Positions 9,860 to 19,128 of a stretch of DNA of 64,000 nucleotides are shown in pieces. The stretch covers positions 2,240,001 through 2,304,000 of the forward strand of contig OZ241326.1 of assembly GCA_965199855.1 (NCBI GenBank). The letters run 5' to 3'. Position numbers and translations under genes: made by a program. Every line of letters begins with the position of its first letter. The first letter of the stretch is position 1. The notes beneath the pieces are model-generated. The model was not told where the DNA came from and ran no database searches. It saw only the letters and a list, made by a program, of their open reading frames with translations. This stretch comes from a bacterium (lineage in GTDB: Bacteria > UBA8248).

Positions 9860-10879
9860 CTAGAGCGTTCGTCCGACGGCCTCTGCGAACGCCCGCAGCT
9901 CCCCGAGCAGGGCGGCGAACCGCTCGGGCTTGAGCGACTGCGGCCCGTCGCTCATCGCCTTTTCGGGCTCGGGGTGGAGTTCGAGCATCAGGCCGTCCGC
10001 CCCGACGGCCACGGCCGCCTTCGCCAGGGGCGCGACGAACCGCCAGGCACCCGCCGCGTGGCTCGGGTCCACCACCACCGGCAGGTGCGTCTGCTCCTTG
10101 AGCACCGGCACGGCGCTGATGTCCAGCGTGTTGCGCGTGGCCGTCTCGAAGGTTCGTATCCCCCGCTCGCACAGCACCACGTTCGGGTTTCCCTGGCTCA
10201 TGACGTATTCCGCCGACATCAGGAACTCCTCGATCGTCGTGGACATGCCGCGCTTGAGGAAGATGGTCTTGTTCGTCCGGCCGACCTTCTTCAGCAGGGA
10301 GAAGTTCTGCACGTTGCGCGCGCCGATCTGCAGGACGTCCGCGTAGGCGCAGCACGCCGCGATGTCCTCGGAGTCCATCACCTCCGTCTGGACGGGAAGC
10401 CCCGTCCTCTCGCGCGCCTCCGCGAGGAGCCTGAGGCCCTCCTCCGCCATGCCCTGGAAGCTGTAGGGCGAGGTGCGCGGCTTGTAGGCGCCGCCCCGCA
10501 GCACGTGGCCGCCGCCCGCCTTCACGGCCTCGGCGGACTTCAGTATCTGCTCCCGGTTCTCCACCGAGCACGGCCCGCCGATGACGACGATGCGCTCGCC
10601 GCCGATTTCCACCCCCTCGCCCATCGGCAGACGGCTGGGCTCGGACCTGCCCTCCGCGCTCGCCAGCTTGAAGGGCTTGAGAATGGGCGTCACGCTCTCC
10701 ACGCCGTTCAGCGAGACGAGCGACTCCAGCATGTATTTTCCGCGCTCGTCCCCGATGGCGCCGATCACCGTGCGCTCCACCCCTTCCATGACGTGTTCCT
10801 TGTAGCCGAGTTCGTTGATGCTCCTGATGGCGTTTTTCACCTCATCCTTCGTCGCGCCGCGCTTCATCACGATAATCAA
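9860..10879 (-). CDS. aroF: DAHP synthase class I-beta with N-terminal ferredoxin-like/ACT regulatory domain
   Basis: TTG start with GGAGG RBS (LIIVMKRG). [50 protein letters not shown]. Confidence 0.95.
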   Translation of the reverse strand: MIIVMKRGATKDEVKNAIRSINELGYKEHVMEGVERTVIGAIGDERGKYMLESLVSLNGVESVTPILKPFKLASAEGRSEPSRLPMGEGVEIGGERIVVIGGPCSVENREQILKSAEAVKAGGGHVLRGGAYKPRTSPYSFQGMAEEGLRLLAEARERTGLPVQTEVMDSEDIAACCAYADVLQIGARNVQNFSLLKKVGRTNKTIFLKRGMSTTIEEFLMSAEYVMSQGNPNVVLCERGIRTFETATRNTLDISAVPVLKEQTHLPVVVDPSHAAGAWRFVAPLAKAAVAVGADGLMLELHPEPEKAMSDGPQSLKPERFAALLGELRAFAEAVGRTL

Positions 10880-10923
10880 GCCGAACCTCCTTCCATCCGC
10901 GCGGAACCCGCGCGCGTCTCCCC

Positions 10924-10958
10924 AAAAAAATCGCCGCGAGGCCGGAAGCCCACGGCGA
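10924..10958 (-). terminator. Intrinsic terminator/attenuator about 45 nt upstream of aroF
   Basis: Minus strand TCGCCGTG-GGC-TTCCG-GCC-T-CGCGGCGA followed by T7. Confidence 0.8.
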
Positions 10959-11015
10959 ACGTTCCTGCTCAGCGTCCGGTGGCGGGCGGCTCGTCCGCCC
11001 CCCGCCGCTCGGGTC

Positions 11016-11081
11016 TTACGAAACGGCGGGCGGACGGACGGTGATAAAGCCGAAAAAGAAGCGCCCGCCAATCGCCCGCAT
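11016..11081 (-). CDS. Putative Phe-rich leader peptide [21 protein letters not shown] (21 aa)
   Basis: ATG 11081 with GGGAG 9 nt upstream, codons TTC TTT TTC GGC TTT, TAA at 11018-11016. Lies between a promoter and a terminator upstream of aroF. Confidence 0.75.
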   Translation of the reverse strand: MRAIGGRFFFGFITVRPPAVS

Positions 11082-11102
11082 CGCGTCCGTCTCCCGGAAA
11101 TT

Positions 11103-12473
11103 TCATCTTTCGCCGAAAAACAAGGGCTTACGATAATCCCGAAGGGAGGGAGCGTCAACCCCCGACGGCGGCGATTCCCGGATGGGCGGCGAGGGGGGCG
11201 ATCCCCGGTCATCGCCCCGCGCCCGAGGAGCCGCCGGAAAAGAGACGGGTTCGGGAGAAAAGCCGCCCGCCCGCGCGTGAAAAAACGGTCGGACGCGCGA
11301 ACCCCCGCGCGCTATTTCCTCGTTCTTCCCGCTCCGGCGGCTCCGCCCCGCCCGGGGCGGCCGGACGAGCCTGCCGCCCAGAACCACGTGCGCGGCCTCG
11401 AGCATCCGGCTCCCCGCGCGCCGCGCCCCCATGCAGTCCTCGAAGGAGAACCTGCCCTCCTTCATCCGGAACACGGCGACGTCGCCCCGGGCGCCCTTCT
11501 TGAGCGTCCCCACCTCGTCTTTCAGGCCAATCCACTCCGCCGCCGTCTGCGCGCTGAGCCGCACCACCTCGGAGAGGGGAAAGCCGAGCGCCAGAAACTT
11601 GCTCATCAGGGTCGGAAAGTCATACACCGGCCCATGAAGGCAGTGGGCATGGAGGTCGGTGCTCAGGTTGCCCGGCATGAGGCCCTGGGCCATGGCCCTC
11701 TCCAGAATCTCGAAGCTGAAGCTCGAGCGCCCGTGGGCTACGTCGAGCAGGACGCCCGCATCCCGCGCCTCCCACACCGCGCGGCGCACCCGGCCCCGCC
11801 TGTCCAGAATGTTCTCGCGCCGGCCGTGAAACGCATGGGTGAGCACGTCGCCCGGGCGGAGTTTCCTGAGAATTCTCGAGAGGGGGACGGGCGTATCCCC
11901 CACGTGCGCCATGAGCGGAACCTTGAGGAACTCCGCCGCCTCGAGCGCCGCGTCCAGGGGCCTGGCGCCGCTGCCCTCCACCACGTTGCGGCTCAGGCGC
12001 ACCTTCATGCCGATGAGATGCTCGCGGTTCCTCTCGTAGCACTCCACCGCCCTGTCCACCCGAAGCGCGCGCATGTCGACGTTCTCGCCCAGGCCGTCGA
12101 TGAGAAGCCCGCCCTCGGAGATGTTCAGATAGGCGCGAACCGTCGGCCGCGCCTTCTCCAGGAACCATTTCCGGAAGGCCGGATAGGTCTGCGCGCCGGC
12201 GCTGCCCGTGTCCACCGCCGTCGTCACCCCGCGCGCGAGCATCGCCGCCTCCAGGCTCACGCCGTAGTGGGTCACGCCCTCGTAGAAGTGGCAGTGGAGA
12301 TCGACCAGGCCCGGTGTGACGATTTTCCCCGCGGCGTTCAGGGCGCGCCTCCCCGCGGGATCGATGCGGGGCGCCACCCTCCGCACGCGGCCGCCGGCGA
12401 TTTCCACGTCCATCGTCCCCTCCAGCCCCTGGGAGGGATCGATGACGTAGCCGCCGCGTATGACGATGTCCAT
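11103..12473 (-). CDS. Amidohydrolase / dihydroorotase-like metallohydrolase
   Basis: [22 protein letters not shown] (HxH), [31 protein letters not shown]. The last roughly 70 codons look like an unconserved read-through tail. Confidence 0.88.
   Translation of the reverse strand: MDIVIRGGYVIDPSQGLEGTMDVEIAGGRVRRVAPRIDPAGRRALNAAGKIVTPGLVDLHCHFYEGVTHYGVSLEAAMLARGVTTAVDTGSAGAQTYPAFRKWFLEKARPTVRAYLNISEGGLLIDGLGENVDMRALRVDRAVECYERNREHLIGMKVRLSRNVVEGSGARPLDAALEAAEFLKVPLMAHVGDTPVPLSRILRKLRPGDVLTHAFHGRRENILDRRGRVRRAVWEARDAGVLLDVAHGRSSFSFEILERAMAQGLMPGNLSTDLHAHCLHGPVYDFPTLMSKFLALGFPLSEVVRLSAQTAAEWIGLKDEVGTLKKGARGDVAVFRMKEGRFSFEDCMGARRAGSRMLEAAHVVLGGRLVRPPRAGRSRRSGKNEEIARGGSRVRPFFHARAGGFSPEPVSFPAAPRARGDDRGSPPSPPIRESPPSGVDAPSLRDYRKPLFFGER
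11130..11158 (-). promoter_or_regulatory. Sigma70-type promoter for the leader-aroF transcript
   Basis: TTGACG-N17-TATCGT on the minus strand. Confidence 0.6.
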
Positions 12474-12655
12474 CCCCGAAGCTCCCCGGAGAAGCGAGGC
12501 GCGCGCCGGAATCCCCGGCGAGGCCCGGCGCAATCCCGAATCGCCGGGACGCGGCGCCGCTCCGCCGGGCGCGTTGACACGCAATCGCCGCAGGGTGGAT
12601 CATGGCGGGCGTCGAGCGCAACCATCATCCCAAACCAGCCTGCGGGAGCCGCGAG

Positions 12656-13828
12656 ATGAGCCTGCAAACCGAAGCCGCGCTTCAGTTCGACCTGGACGAC
12701 ACGCAAAAGATGCTTCGCCGGACGGTGCGGGAGCTCTCCGAGCGCCACATCGCCCCGCGCGCCGCCGAAATCGACGAGAACGAGGAATACCCCGAAGACA
12801 TCTATCAGATGCAGAAGGAGCACGGCCTCCTCGGCATCTTCTTCCCCGAGGAATACGGCGGCGGCGGAATGGGCTTTCTGGGCGGCTGCGTCGCCATCGA
12901 GGAGATCGCGCGCTTCTGCTCGAACTCCCCGCTCTTCATCGTGCTCAACATGCTCTCGAGCCGCGTCATCGACCTGAGCGGCACGCCGGAGCAGAAGACG
13001 CATTATATGACGGGCCTCGCCAGGGGCGAACTTCGGGGCTCCTACGCCCTCACGGAGCCCCACGCGGGCTCCGACGCCGGGAACATCCGCACGCGCGCCG
13101 TCCGGGAGGGCGAGGAGTGGGTCATCAACGGGACGAAATGCTTCTGCACGGGACCCGACAAGGCGGACTTCATCACCGTCGCCGCCAAGACCGACCCCGG
13201 CGCGGGCGCGCGGGGCATCACCTACTACGTCGTCCCCACGGACGCGCCCGGCTTCAGCATCGACAAGCACGAGCGCAAGATGGGGATGCGCGGCATCTCG
13301 ACCTGCATGCTGCGCTTCGACAGCGTGGCCGTGCCCCTCGAGAACCAGATCGGCGAGCTGAACCAGGGCTTCAGAACCGCGATGATCGGCTTCAACCAGA
13401 TGCGGCCCGCCATCGGCGCGCGCGCGGTCGGCCTCGCCCAGGGGTGCCTCGACTACGCCGCGGGCTACGCGAAGGAGCGCGAGGCCTTCGGGAAGCCCAT
13501 CGCCCGCCACCAGGCCGTCCAGTTCATGCTCGCCGACATGTTCATGGACATCGAGGCGTCGCGCCTGCTCGTCTATCGCGCCGCCTCGATGGTGGACGCC
13601 GGACAAATCGGCAAGGAGAACGCCCGGTATTTCTCGACGGCCAAGACCTACGCGGCCGACATGGCGATGAAGTGCGCGATAGACGGCATCCAGGTGCTGG
13701 GCGGGGCGGGCTACATGAAGGATCACCCGCTCGAGCGCTTCATGCGCGACGCCAAGCAGATCCAGATCGTCGAGGGGACGAGCCAGATTCAGCGGATCAT
13801 CATCGCCCGCAACCTGCTCGACCTCTAG
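12656..13828 (+). CDS. Acyl-CoA dehydrogenase (copy 1)
   Basis: PEEYGGGG, ALTEPHAGSD, INGTKCF, KMGMRG, REAFGKPI..HQAVQF, QVLGG.GY, IVEGT. Confidence 0.95.
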   Translation: MSLQTEAALQFDLDDTQKMLRRTVRELSERHIAPRAAEIDENEEYPEDIYQMQKEHGLLGIFFPEEYGGGGMGFLGGCVAIEEIARFCSNSPLFIVLNMLSSRVIDLSGTPEQKTHYMTGLARGELRGSYALTEPHAGSDAGNIRTRAVREGEEWVINGTKCFCTGPDKADFITVAAKTDPGAGARGITYYVVPTDAPGFSIDKHERKMGMRGISTCMLRFDSVAVPLENQIGELNQGFRTAMIGFNQMRPAIGARAVGLAQGCLDYAAGYAKEREAFGKPIARHQAVQFMLADMFMDIEASRLLVYRAASMVDAGQIGKENARYFSTAKTYAADMAMKCAIDGIQVLGGAGYMKDHPLERFMRDAKQIQIVEGTSQIQRIIIARNLLDL

Positions 13829-13840
13829 GAGCGCGCGGAG

Positions 13841-15010
13841 GTGGGGCCGGGGGCGGAGCCGCCCGCCGCGTTCGGGCTGAGCCGGGCGCAGCGAGCGCTG
13901 GGAGAGAGGGTCTATGCGCTGAGCCGCCGCCGCGTCGCGCCCCGCGCCGCCGACATCGACGAAAGCGGGGAATACCCCGAGGATATTTTCCAGCTCCTGA
14001 AGTCCCGCGGCCTCCTCGGCCTCTACGTCCCCGAAGAATACGGCGGGGCGGGCCTCGGCGTCCTGGAGACGTGCGTCGCCATCGAGCAGATGGCGCGCTT
14101 CTGCTCGAACTCTCCCCTTTTCTTCTCCGTCCACCTGCTCGCCACCCGCGCCGTCGCCATAGGCGGAACCGGGGCGCAGAAGAGCGTCTGGCTCCGCGGC
14201 GTAGCCCGGGGCGAGCTGCGCCCCGCCTTCTCGCTCACCGAGCCGCACGCGGGCTCCGACGCCGCGAACATATCGGCGCGCGCGGCGCGGGAGGGGGACT
14301 CGTGGGTCATCAACGGCCAGAAGTGCTACTGCACCGGCGCGAGCGTCGCCGACTTCCTCACCGTGGCGGCGAAGACCGAGGCCGGGGCGGGGGCGCGCGG
14401 CGTCTCCTTCTTCATCGTTCCCAAGGGCGAATTCCGGGTGGGCCGCCGCGAGAGGAAGATGGGGATGCGGGGAATCCCCACCTGCGAGGTGTTTTTGGAG
14501 AACGCCCACGTCCCCCTCGAAAACATCATCGGCGATCGGGCGACGGGCTTCAGAACCGCCATGCTCGGCTTCAACCAGGCGCGGCCCGCCATCGGCGCGC
14601 GCGCGGTCGGCCTCGCCCAGGGGTGCCTCGACCACGCCGCGGGCTACGCCAAGGAGCGCGAGGCCTTCGGGAAGCCCATCGCCCGCCATCAGGCCGTCCA
14701 GTTCATGCTCGCCGACATGTTCATGGACGTCGAGGCGTCGCGCCTGCTCGTTTACCGCGCCGCCTCGATGGTGGATAATGGGCGCTATCAAAAGGAGGAC
14801 GCGCATTTCATCTGCGCCGCGAAGTGCTTCGCGTCCGACGCGGCCATGAAGGCGGCCGTGGACGCGGTTCAGACCCTGGGCGGGGCGGGCTATACGAGGG
14901 ATCACCCGCTCGAGCGGTTTATGAGAGACGCCAAGCAGCTGCAAATCATCGAGGGGACGAACCAGATTCAGCGCATGGCGATCGCCCGGAATCTGCTGGG
15001 CCTGAACTGA
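13841..15010 (+). CDS. Acyl-CoA dehydrogenase (copy 2)
   Basis: Same motifs (LTEPHAGSD, KMGMRG, IIEGTNQIQ); tandem paralog of copy 1. Confidence 0.95.
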   Translation: MGPGAEPPAAFGLSRAQRALGERVYALSRRRVAPRAADIDESGEYPEDIFQLLKSRGLLGLYVPEEYGGAGLGVLETCVAIEQMARFCSNSPLFFSVHLLATRAVAIGGTGAQKSVWLRGVARGELRPAFSLTEPHAGSDAANISARAAREGDSWVINGQKCYCTGASVADFLTVAAKTEAGAGARGVSFFIVPKGEFRVGRRERKMGMRGIPTCEVFLENAHVPLENIIGDRATGFRTAMLGFNQARPAIGARAVGLAQGCLDHAAGYAKEREAFGKPIARHQAVQFMLADMFMDVEASRLLVYRAASMVDNGRYQKEDAHFICAAKCFASDAAMKAAVDAVQTLGGAGYTRDHPLERFMRDAKQLQIIEGTNQIQRMAIARNLLGLN

Positions 15011-15040
15011 CGCCTCGCTTCCCGCCGCCGGAGGTTACGG

Positions 15041-15661
15041 ATGAGCCGGACCATTGAAATTCTCACGCCCACCTCGTTCGTCCGCGCGGGCGATCATCCC
15101 CTGGCGGCGCGGCCGGGAGAGCTCGGCGGACTCAGAATCGGCTTTTTCCACAACAACAAGCCGAACGCCGACGCCCTCCTGGAGCGCATCGAGGAGCTCC
15201 TCGCGCGGGAGGACGAAACCCTCCGCTTCGTCCGCTGGGGAAAGCCGAACCCGACGCTGCCGGAGGCGCGCCTCGGCGAGTTCATCAAGCAGGTGGACGC
15301 GGCCGTCTGCGCGGTGGGCGACTGAGGCAGCTGCACGTCGTGGAGTATCCACGACGCGGTGGAGATGGAGAAAGCGGGGATTCCGACGGCCACGTTCTGC
15401 TCCAGCGAATTCTCCGCCCTGGGCGCGAACGAGCGGGTCGCCCTGGGGATGCCGGGCCTTCCGATAGTCGTCGTGCCGCACCCCGTGGGGGGGATTCCGC
15501 CCGAACGGGCGCGCGCCCTGGGGGACGCGGCGCTGGACGAGGTTCGGCGCGTCCTCACGGAGGACGCGGAATCGCTGCGAAGGGAATACCGCGAGCGCGC
15601 CTACGCCCCGCCCCGCCGGACGGTGCGCCACAAGGCGCTTTTCGCCCGGGGGTCGGCGTGA
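15041..15661 (+). CDS. UGSC-family selenoprotein (Sec at TGA 15323-15325), 206 aa
   Basis: ORFs 15041-15325 and 15359-15661 are in the same frame and joined by a single TGA: VDAAVCAVGD-U-GSCTSWSIHDAVEMEKAGIPT. This gives a UxxC motif, with a SECIS-like hairpin downstream. Confidence 0.88.
15336..15356 (+). promoter_or_regulatory. Bacterial SECIS-like hairpin
   Basis: CGTCGTGGA-GTA-TCCACGACG, a perfect 9-bp stem with G in the loop, starting at the 11th nt after the UGA. Confidence 0.8.
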
Positions 15662-15707
15662 GACGCCGGACGGACGGGAGCGCGCGCGGCGCAAGCGGGA
15701 GCGCGGC

Positions 15708-16799
15708 ATGAGCGATCCCTCCTCCGAAGCGCCTCCAGAAGCGGCGTCCCTCCCGAGCGAGCGGGTGAAGGTTCGGGACGCGCCCGAGGCGCTCGCGCGT
15801 CTCCTCGAGGCGAGGGGATGGGGCGACGGCCTGCCCGTCGTTCCCCCCACGCCCGGGCGCGTCGCCCGCATGGTGGAGGGGGCGGGGCTGGCCGCTGGGG
15901 AGGAAATCGGCCGGATGCCGCCCCGCCAGGGAGTCGTCACGGTCGAGGCGCTCGCCGTCAACGCCGTGATGGCCGGATGCCTCCCGGCCTACATGCCCGT
16001 TCTCGTGGCGGCGGCGCGGGGGGCGCTCCAGCCGGAATTCTCGCTCCACGCGCTCCAGGCGACGACCCACCCGGTGGCGCCCCTGATCATCGTGAACGGC
16101 CCCGTCGCCGCGAGAATCGACATGAACGCGGCGTATGGATGCTTCGCCCCCGGAAACCGGGCGAACGCGACGATTGGCCGCGCGATGCGCCTGACGCTCC
16201 TGAACGTAGGCGGGGCGAGCCCGGGCGTTCTGGATCGCGCCACCCAGGGCTCGCCCGCGAAATACGCATTCTGCATCGCCGAGAACGAGGAGGAATCCCC
16301 CTGGGAGCCGCTGCACGTCGAGCGCGGCTTCGCGCCCGGGGAGAGCGCCGTCACGGTCGTGGGCTGCGAGGGGCCCCACAACGTCAACGATCACGTGAGC
16401 CACGCGGCGGAGGGCATTCTCGCCGCCGCCGCCGACACGATGTCCGTCATGGGCGGCAACAACTTCTATCTGAGGGGCGAGCCGCTCCTCGCGCTCGGCC
16501 CCGAGCACGCGGCGACGATAGCGGGGGACGGGCTGTCGAAGGCGGACGTGAAGCGAAGGATTTTCGAGCTCGCCCGAAAGCCCGCGCGCCAGCTCCGGCG
16601 CGGCGCCATGTGGGGGATGCAGACCTGGGGGGAGGAGATAGCGAGAAACGAGGGAGATGACGACTACGAGATTCCGCTTCTGGATCGGCCCGAAGACCTC
16701 ATCGTCATCGTGGCGGGCGGCGCCGGCAAGCACTCCTCCTACCTGCCGACGTTCGGCCCCACGCGCTCGGTGACCACCCGGGTCGATTCGCCGGCCTGA
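15708..16799 (+). CDS. Conserved protein of unknown function, partner of the UGSC protein
   Basis: Motifs GWGDGLPVVPPT, AVNAVMAGC, GNRANATIGRA, AENEEESPWEPLH, VAGG.GKHS. Strong GC3 coding bias. From recall, this family typically neighbours UGSC genes. Confidence 0.8.
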   Translation: MSDPSSEAPPEAASLPSERVKVRDAPEALARLLEARGWGDGLPVVPPTPGRVARMVEGAGLAAGEEIGRMPPRQGVVTVEALAVNAVMAGCLPAYMPVLVAAARGALQPEFSLHALQATTHPVAPLIIVNGPVAARIDMNAAYGCFAPGNRANATIGRAMRLTLLNVGGASPGVLDRATQGSPAKYAFCIAENEEESPWEPLHVERGFAPGESAVTVVGCEGPHNVNDHVSHAAEGILAAAADTMSVMGGNNFYLRGEPLLALGPEHAATIAGDGLSKADVKRRIFELARKPARQLRRGAMWGMQTWGEEIARNEGDDDYEIPLLDRPEDLIVIVAGGAGKHSSYLPTFGPTRSVTTRVDSPA

Positions 16800-16913
16800 G
16801 CGAAAGCGGGAAAACGAGGCTTCGTCCCCGCCGGGAGCGCCCCCCCTCTCGCCCGGCTTCACGGATTCCCCAAAATCCCGCTCCGCGCGCGGCCCGCGAA
16901 TTGCGTCTTCGCG

Positions 16914-16943
16914 TTGCCCGCGGCTTCGCCTCCGTGCTAGATT
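16914..16943 (+). promoter_or_regulatory. Possible promoter for the rid-yqeB-AAA-VWA-yqeC-xdhC unit
   Basis: TTGCCC-N18-TAGATT with an extended TG motif, in the 177-bp gap. Confidence 0.4.
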
Positions 16944-16976
16944 CCCGCTTCCGTAGAGCCTCAGAGGGAGAAAGCC

Positions 16977-17378
16977 ATGCCGAAGCAGCAGATCGACTCG
17001 GAGAAGGTGAGGCCGGTGGCCGCGTATTCCACGGGCTGGAAGGTGTCGAACGGGCATCTCGTCATGCTGGCGGGCCAGGTGGCGACCGACACGGAGGGCC
17101 GCACCGTCGGCGGAGACGACATCAAGGCCCAGGCGCGGCAGGTCTATGAGAACGTCAAGGCCGCGCTCGAGGCCGCCGGCGCCGGAATGGAGGACGTCAT
17201 CCGCCTCACCGTCTATCTCACGGATCGGGCGAATTTTCCGGGAAGCGCGGAGGTGCGGCAAGCCTACTTCAGCCCGCCCTATCCGGCGAGCACGCTCCTC
17301 ATCGTGAGCGGACTGGCGAACCCGGAATGGCTCATCGAAATCGACGCCGTCGCCTTCGTGGAGGACGGGACGCCGTGA
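16977..17378 (+). CDS. Rid (YjgF/YER057c/UK114) family protein
   Basis: AYS, LAGQV, QARQVYENVKAALEAAG, YPASTL, LIEIDAVA. Confidence 0.92.
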   Translation: MPKQQIDSEKVRPVAAYSTGWKVSNGHLVMLAGQVATDTEGRTVGGDDIKAQARQVYENVKAALEAAGAGMEDVIRLTVYLTDRANFPGSAEVRQAYFSPPYPASTLLIVSGLANPEWLIEIDAVAFVEDGTP

Positions 17379-18232
17379 GAGGCGGCAGGGCGGTTTCCGA
17401 GACGCTCGTTCTCGTGAAGGGGGGCGGCGACCTCGCCACCGGCGCGGCGCACCGCCTGCGCCGCTCGGGCTTTCCCGTGATGATGACGGAAATCGAGCGT
17501 CCGACCATGGTCCGCCGCGCCGTCTCCTTCGCCGAATGCCTCTACGCCGGCGAATGGCGGGTGGAGGGCGTGGCTTCCGCGAGGGCGGAGGGCGGCTCCC
17601 TGGAGGAGAAAATCGCCGGCGCGCGCGCGCTGATGGAGGCGGGCGCCGTTCCCGTGATGGTCGATCCGCGCGCCGAGGCGGTCGCCCGCGTCCGGCCCGC
17701 CGTCGTGATCGACGCGATTCTCGCCAAGCGAAACCTCGGCACCCGCATCGAGGACGCCGAGGTGGTCATCGGCCTGGGGCCCGGCTTCACGGCGGGGGTC
17801 GATTGCCACGCCGTCATCGAGACCGCCCGGGGGCACGACCTGGGGCGGGTGATACTCGAAGGGGCGGCGAAGCCGGACACGGGCGCGCCGGGCGCCATCG
17901 CGGGCTACGCCGCCGAGCGGCTGCTGCGCGCCCCGCGCGCCGGCGCGTTCGCCTCCGCCGCCCGCATCGGGGACGCGGTGCGGGCGGGACAGGCCGTCGC
18001 CCGGGTGGACGGGGAGGAGGTGACGGCCCGCATCGACGGCGTCCTGCGCGGCCTGCTCAGGGACGGCATCGAGGTGAGCGCGGGCTTCAAGGTGGGCGAC
18101 GTCGACCCCAGGGCCGAGCCTTCCCACTGCGTGACGATATCGGACAAGTCGCGCGCCGTCGGCGGCGGCGCGCTCGAGGCCGTCATGATGTTCCTGTTCG
18201 GCGTCTCCCCGGCCGCGGAGCGCGCGAATTGA
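17375..18232 (+). CDS. yqeB: Selenium-dependent molybdenum hydroxylase system protein, YqeB/EF2563 family
   Basis: VKGGGDLATGAAHRL, PTMVRRAVSF, DAILAKRNLGT, IGLGPGF, ETARGHDLGR, LRGLL.DG, KVGDVDPR, ISDKSRAVGGGALEA. GTGA overlap with the rid gene. Confidence 0.93.
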   Translation: MRGGRAVSETLVLVKGGGDLATGAAHRLRRSGFPVMMTEIERPTMVRRAVSFAECLYAGEWRVEGVASARAEGGSLEEKIAGARALMEAGAVPVMVDPRAEAVARVRPAVVIDAILAKRNLGTRIEDAEVVIGLGPGFTAGVDCHAVIETARGHDLGRVILEGAAKPDTGAPGAIAGYAAERLLRAPRAGAFASAARIGDAVRAGQAVARVDGEEVTARIDGVLRGLLRDGIEVSAGFKVGDVDPRAEPSHCVTISDKSRAVGGGALEAVMMFLFGVSPAAERAN

Positions 18233-19113
18233 GTCCCGACATTCTGGCGGAAACGGTGGAAAGCGGCGCCTACCGCATCGGGCGCAGCGAAATCCCGATC
18301 AACCAGGCGAACGGCAACGCCTTCGTCCCCCCCGCGCAGTTCTATCTGGCGGCGGGCGACGCGCTCGAGCGCATCGCGTGGGCGGTGAGCCAGAACCTCC
18401 CCGTCCTGCTCGTCGGAGAGACCGGCGTCGGCAAGACGCTCTCGGTGCGCTACCTCGCCCACATGACGAACAACGGCTTCAGGCGCGTGAACCTCAACGG
18501 CATGACCACGGTCGATGAATTCGTGGGCAAGCTGATGATCAACGAGCAGGGCACCTACTGGGTGAACGGCATCCTGATCGACGCGATGCAGTCGGGAGAC
18601 TGGCTGCTCATCGACGAGATCAACGCCTGCCTGCCCGAAATCGCCTTCTGCCTCCACAGCCTGCTCGACGACGACCGCATGATCGTCCTCTCGGAGTATG
18701 ACGGCCGCGTCGTCAAGCCCCATCCGGACTTCAGGCTCTTCGCCAGCATGAACCCCCACGAGGACAGGAGATACGGCGGCACGAAGCCCCTGAACGAGGC
18801 GCTTCTGGATCGCTTCCCCGTCACCGTGAGGATGGACTACCTGCCCTTCGAGGCGGAGGTCGAGGTCATCATGCGGCAGAGCGGGAACGGCGACGAGGAG
18901 CTCGTCCGGCGCATGGTGCGCGTGGGCCACGACGCGCGCGAGGCCATGAGGAACGAAAAGGTGTTCTGCACCTTCAGCACCCGGCGCCTGATTGACTGGG
19001 CGCGCATGGCGGCGCGGTTCGACCCCATGGAGGCCGCCGTCTCGACCATCTTCAGCAAGGTCAACTCGTTCGACGCCAAGGTGCTCGAGGACATCGTGGA
19101 CAACCACTTCTAG
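18229..19113 (+). CDS. MoxR-class AAA+ ATPase, CbbQ/NirQ/NorQ type
   Basis: TTG start overlapping the yqeB stop. Walker A GETGVGKT, Walker B LLIDEIN, FASMNP, ALLDRF and a CbbQ-like C-terminal STRRL. Confidence 0.92.
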   Translation: MSPDILAETVESGAYRIGRSEIPINQANGNAFVPPAQFYLAAGDALERIAWAVSQNLPVLLVGETGVGKTLSVRYLAHMTNNGFRRVNLNGMTTVDEFVGKLMINEQGTYWVNGILIDAMQSGDWLLIDEINACLPEIAFCLHSLLDDDRMIVLSEYDGRVVKPHPDFRLFASMNPHEDRRYGGTKPLNEALLDRFPVTVRMDYLPFEAEVEVIMRQSGNGDEELVRRMVRVGHDAREAMRNEKVFCTFSTRRLIDWARMAARFDPMEAAVSTIFSKVNSFDAKVLEDIVDNHF

Positions 19114-19128
19114 CCGGGAGACGCAGGC

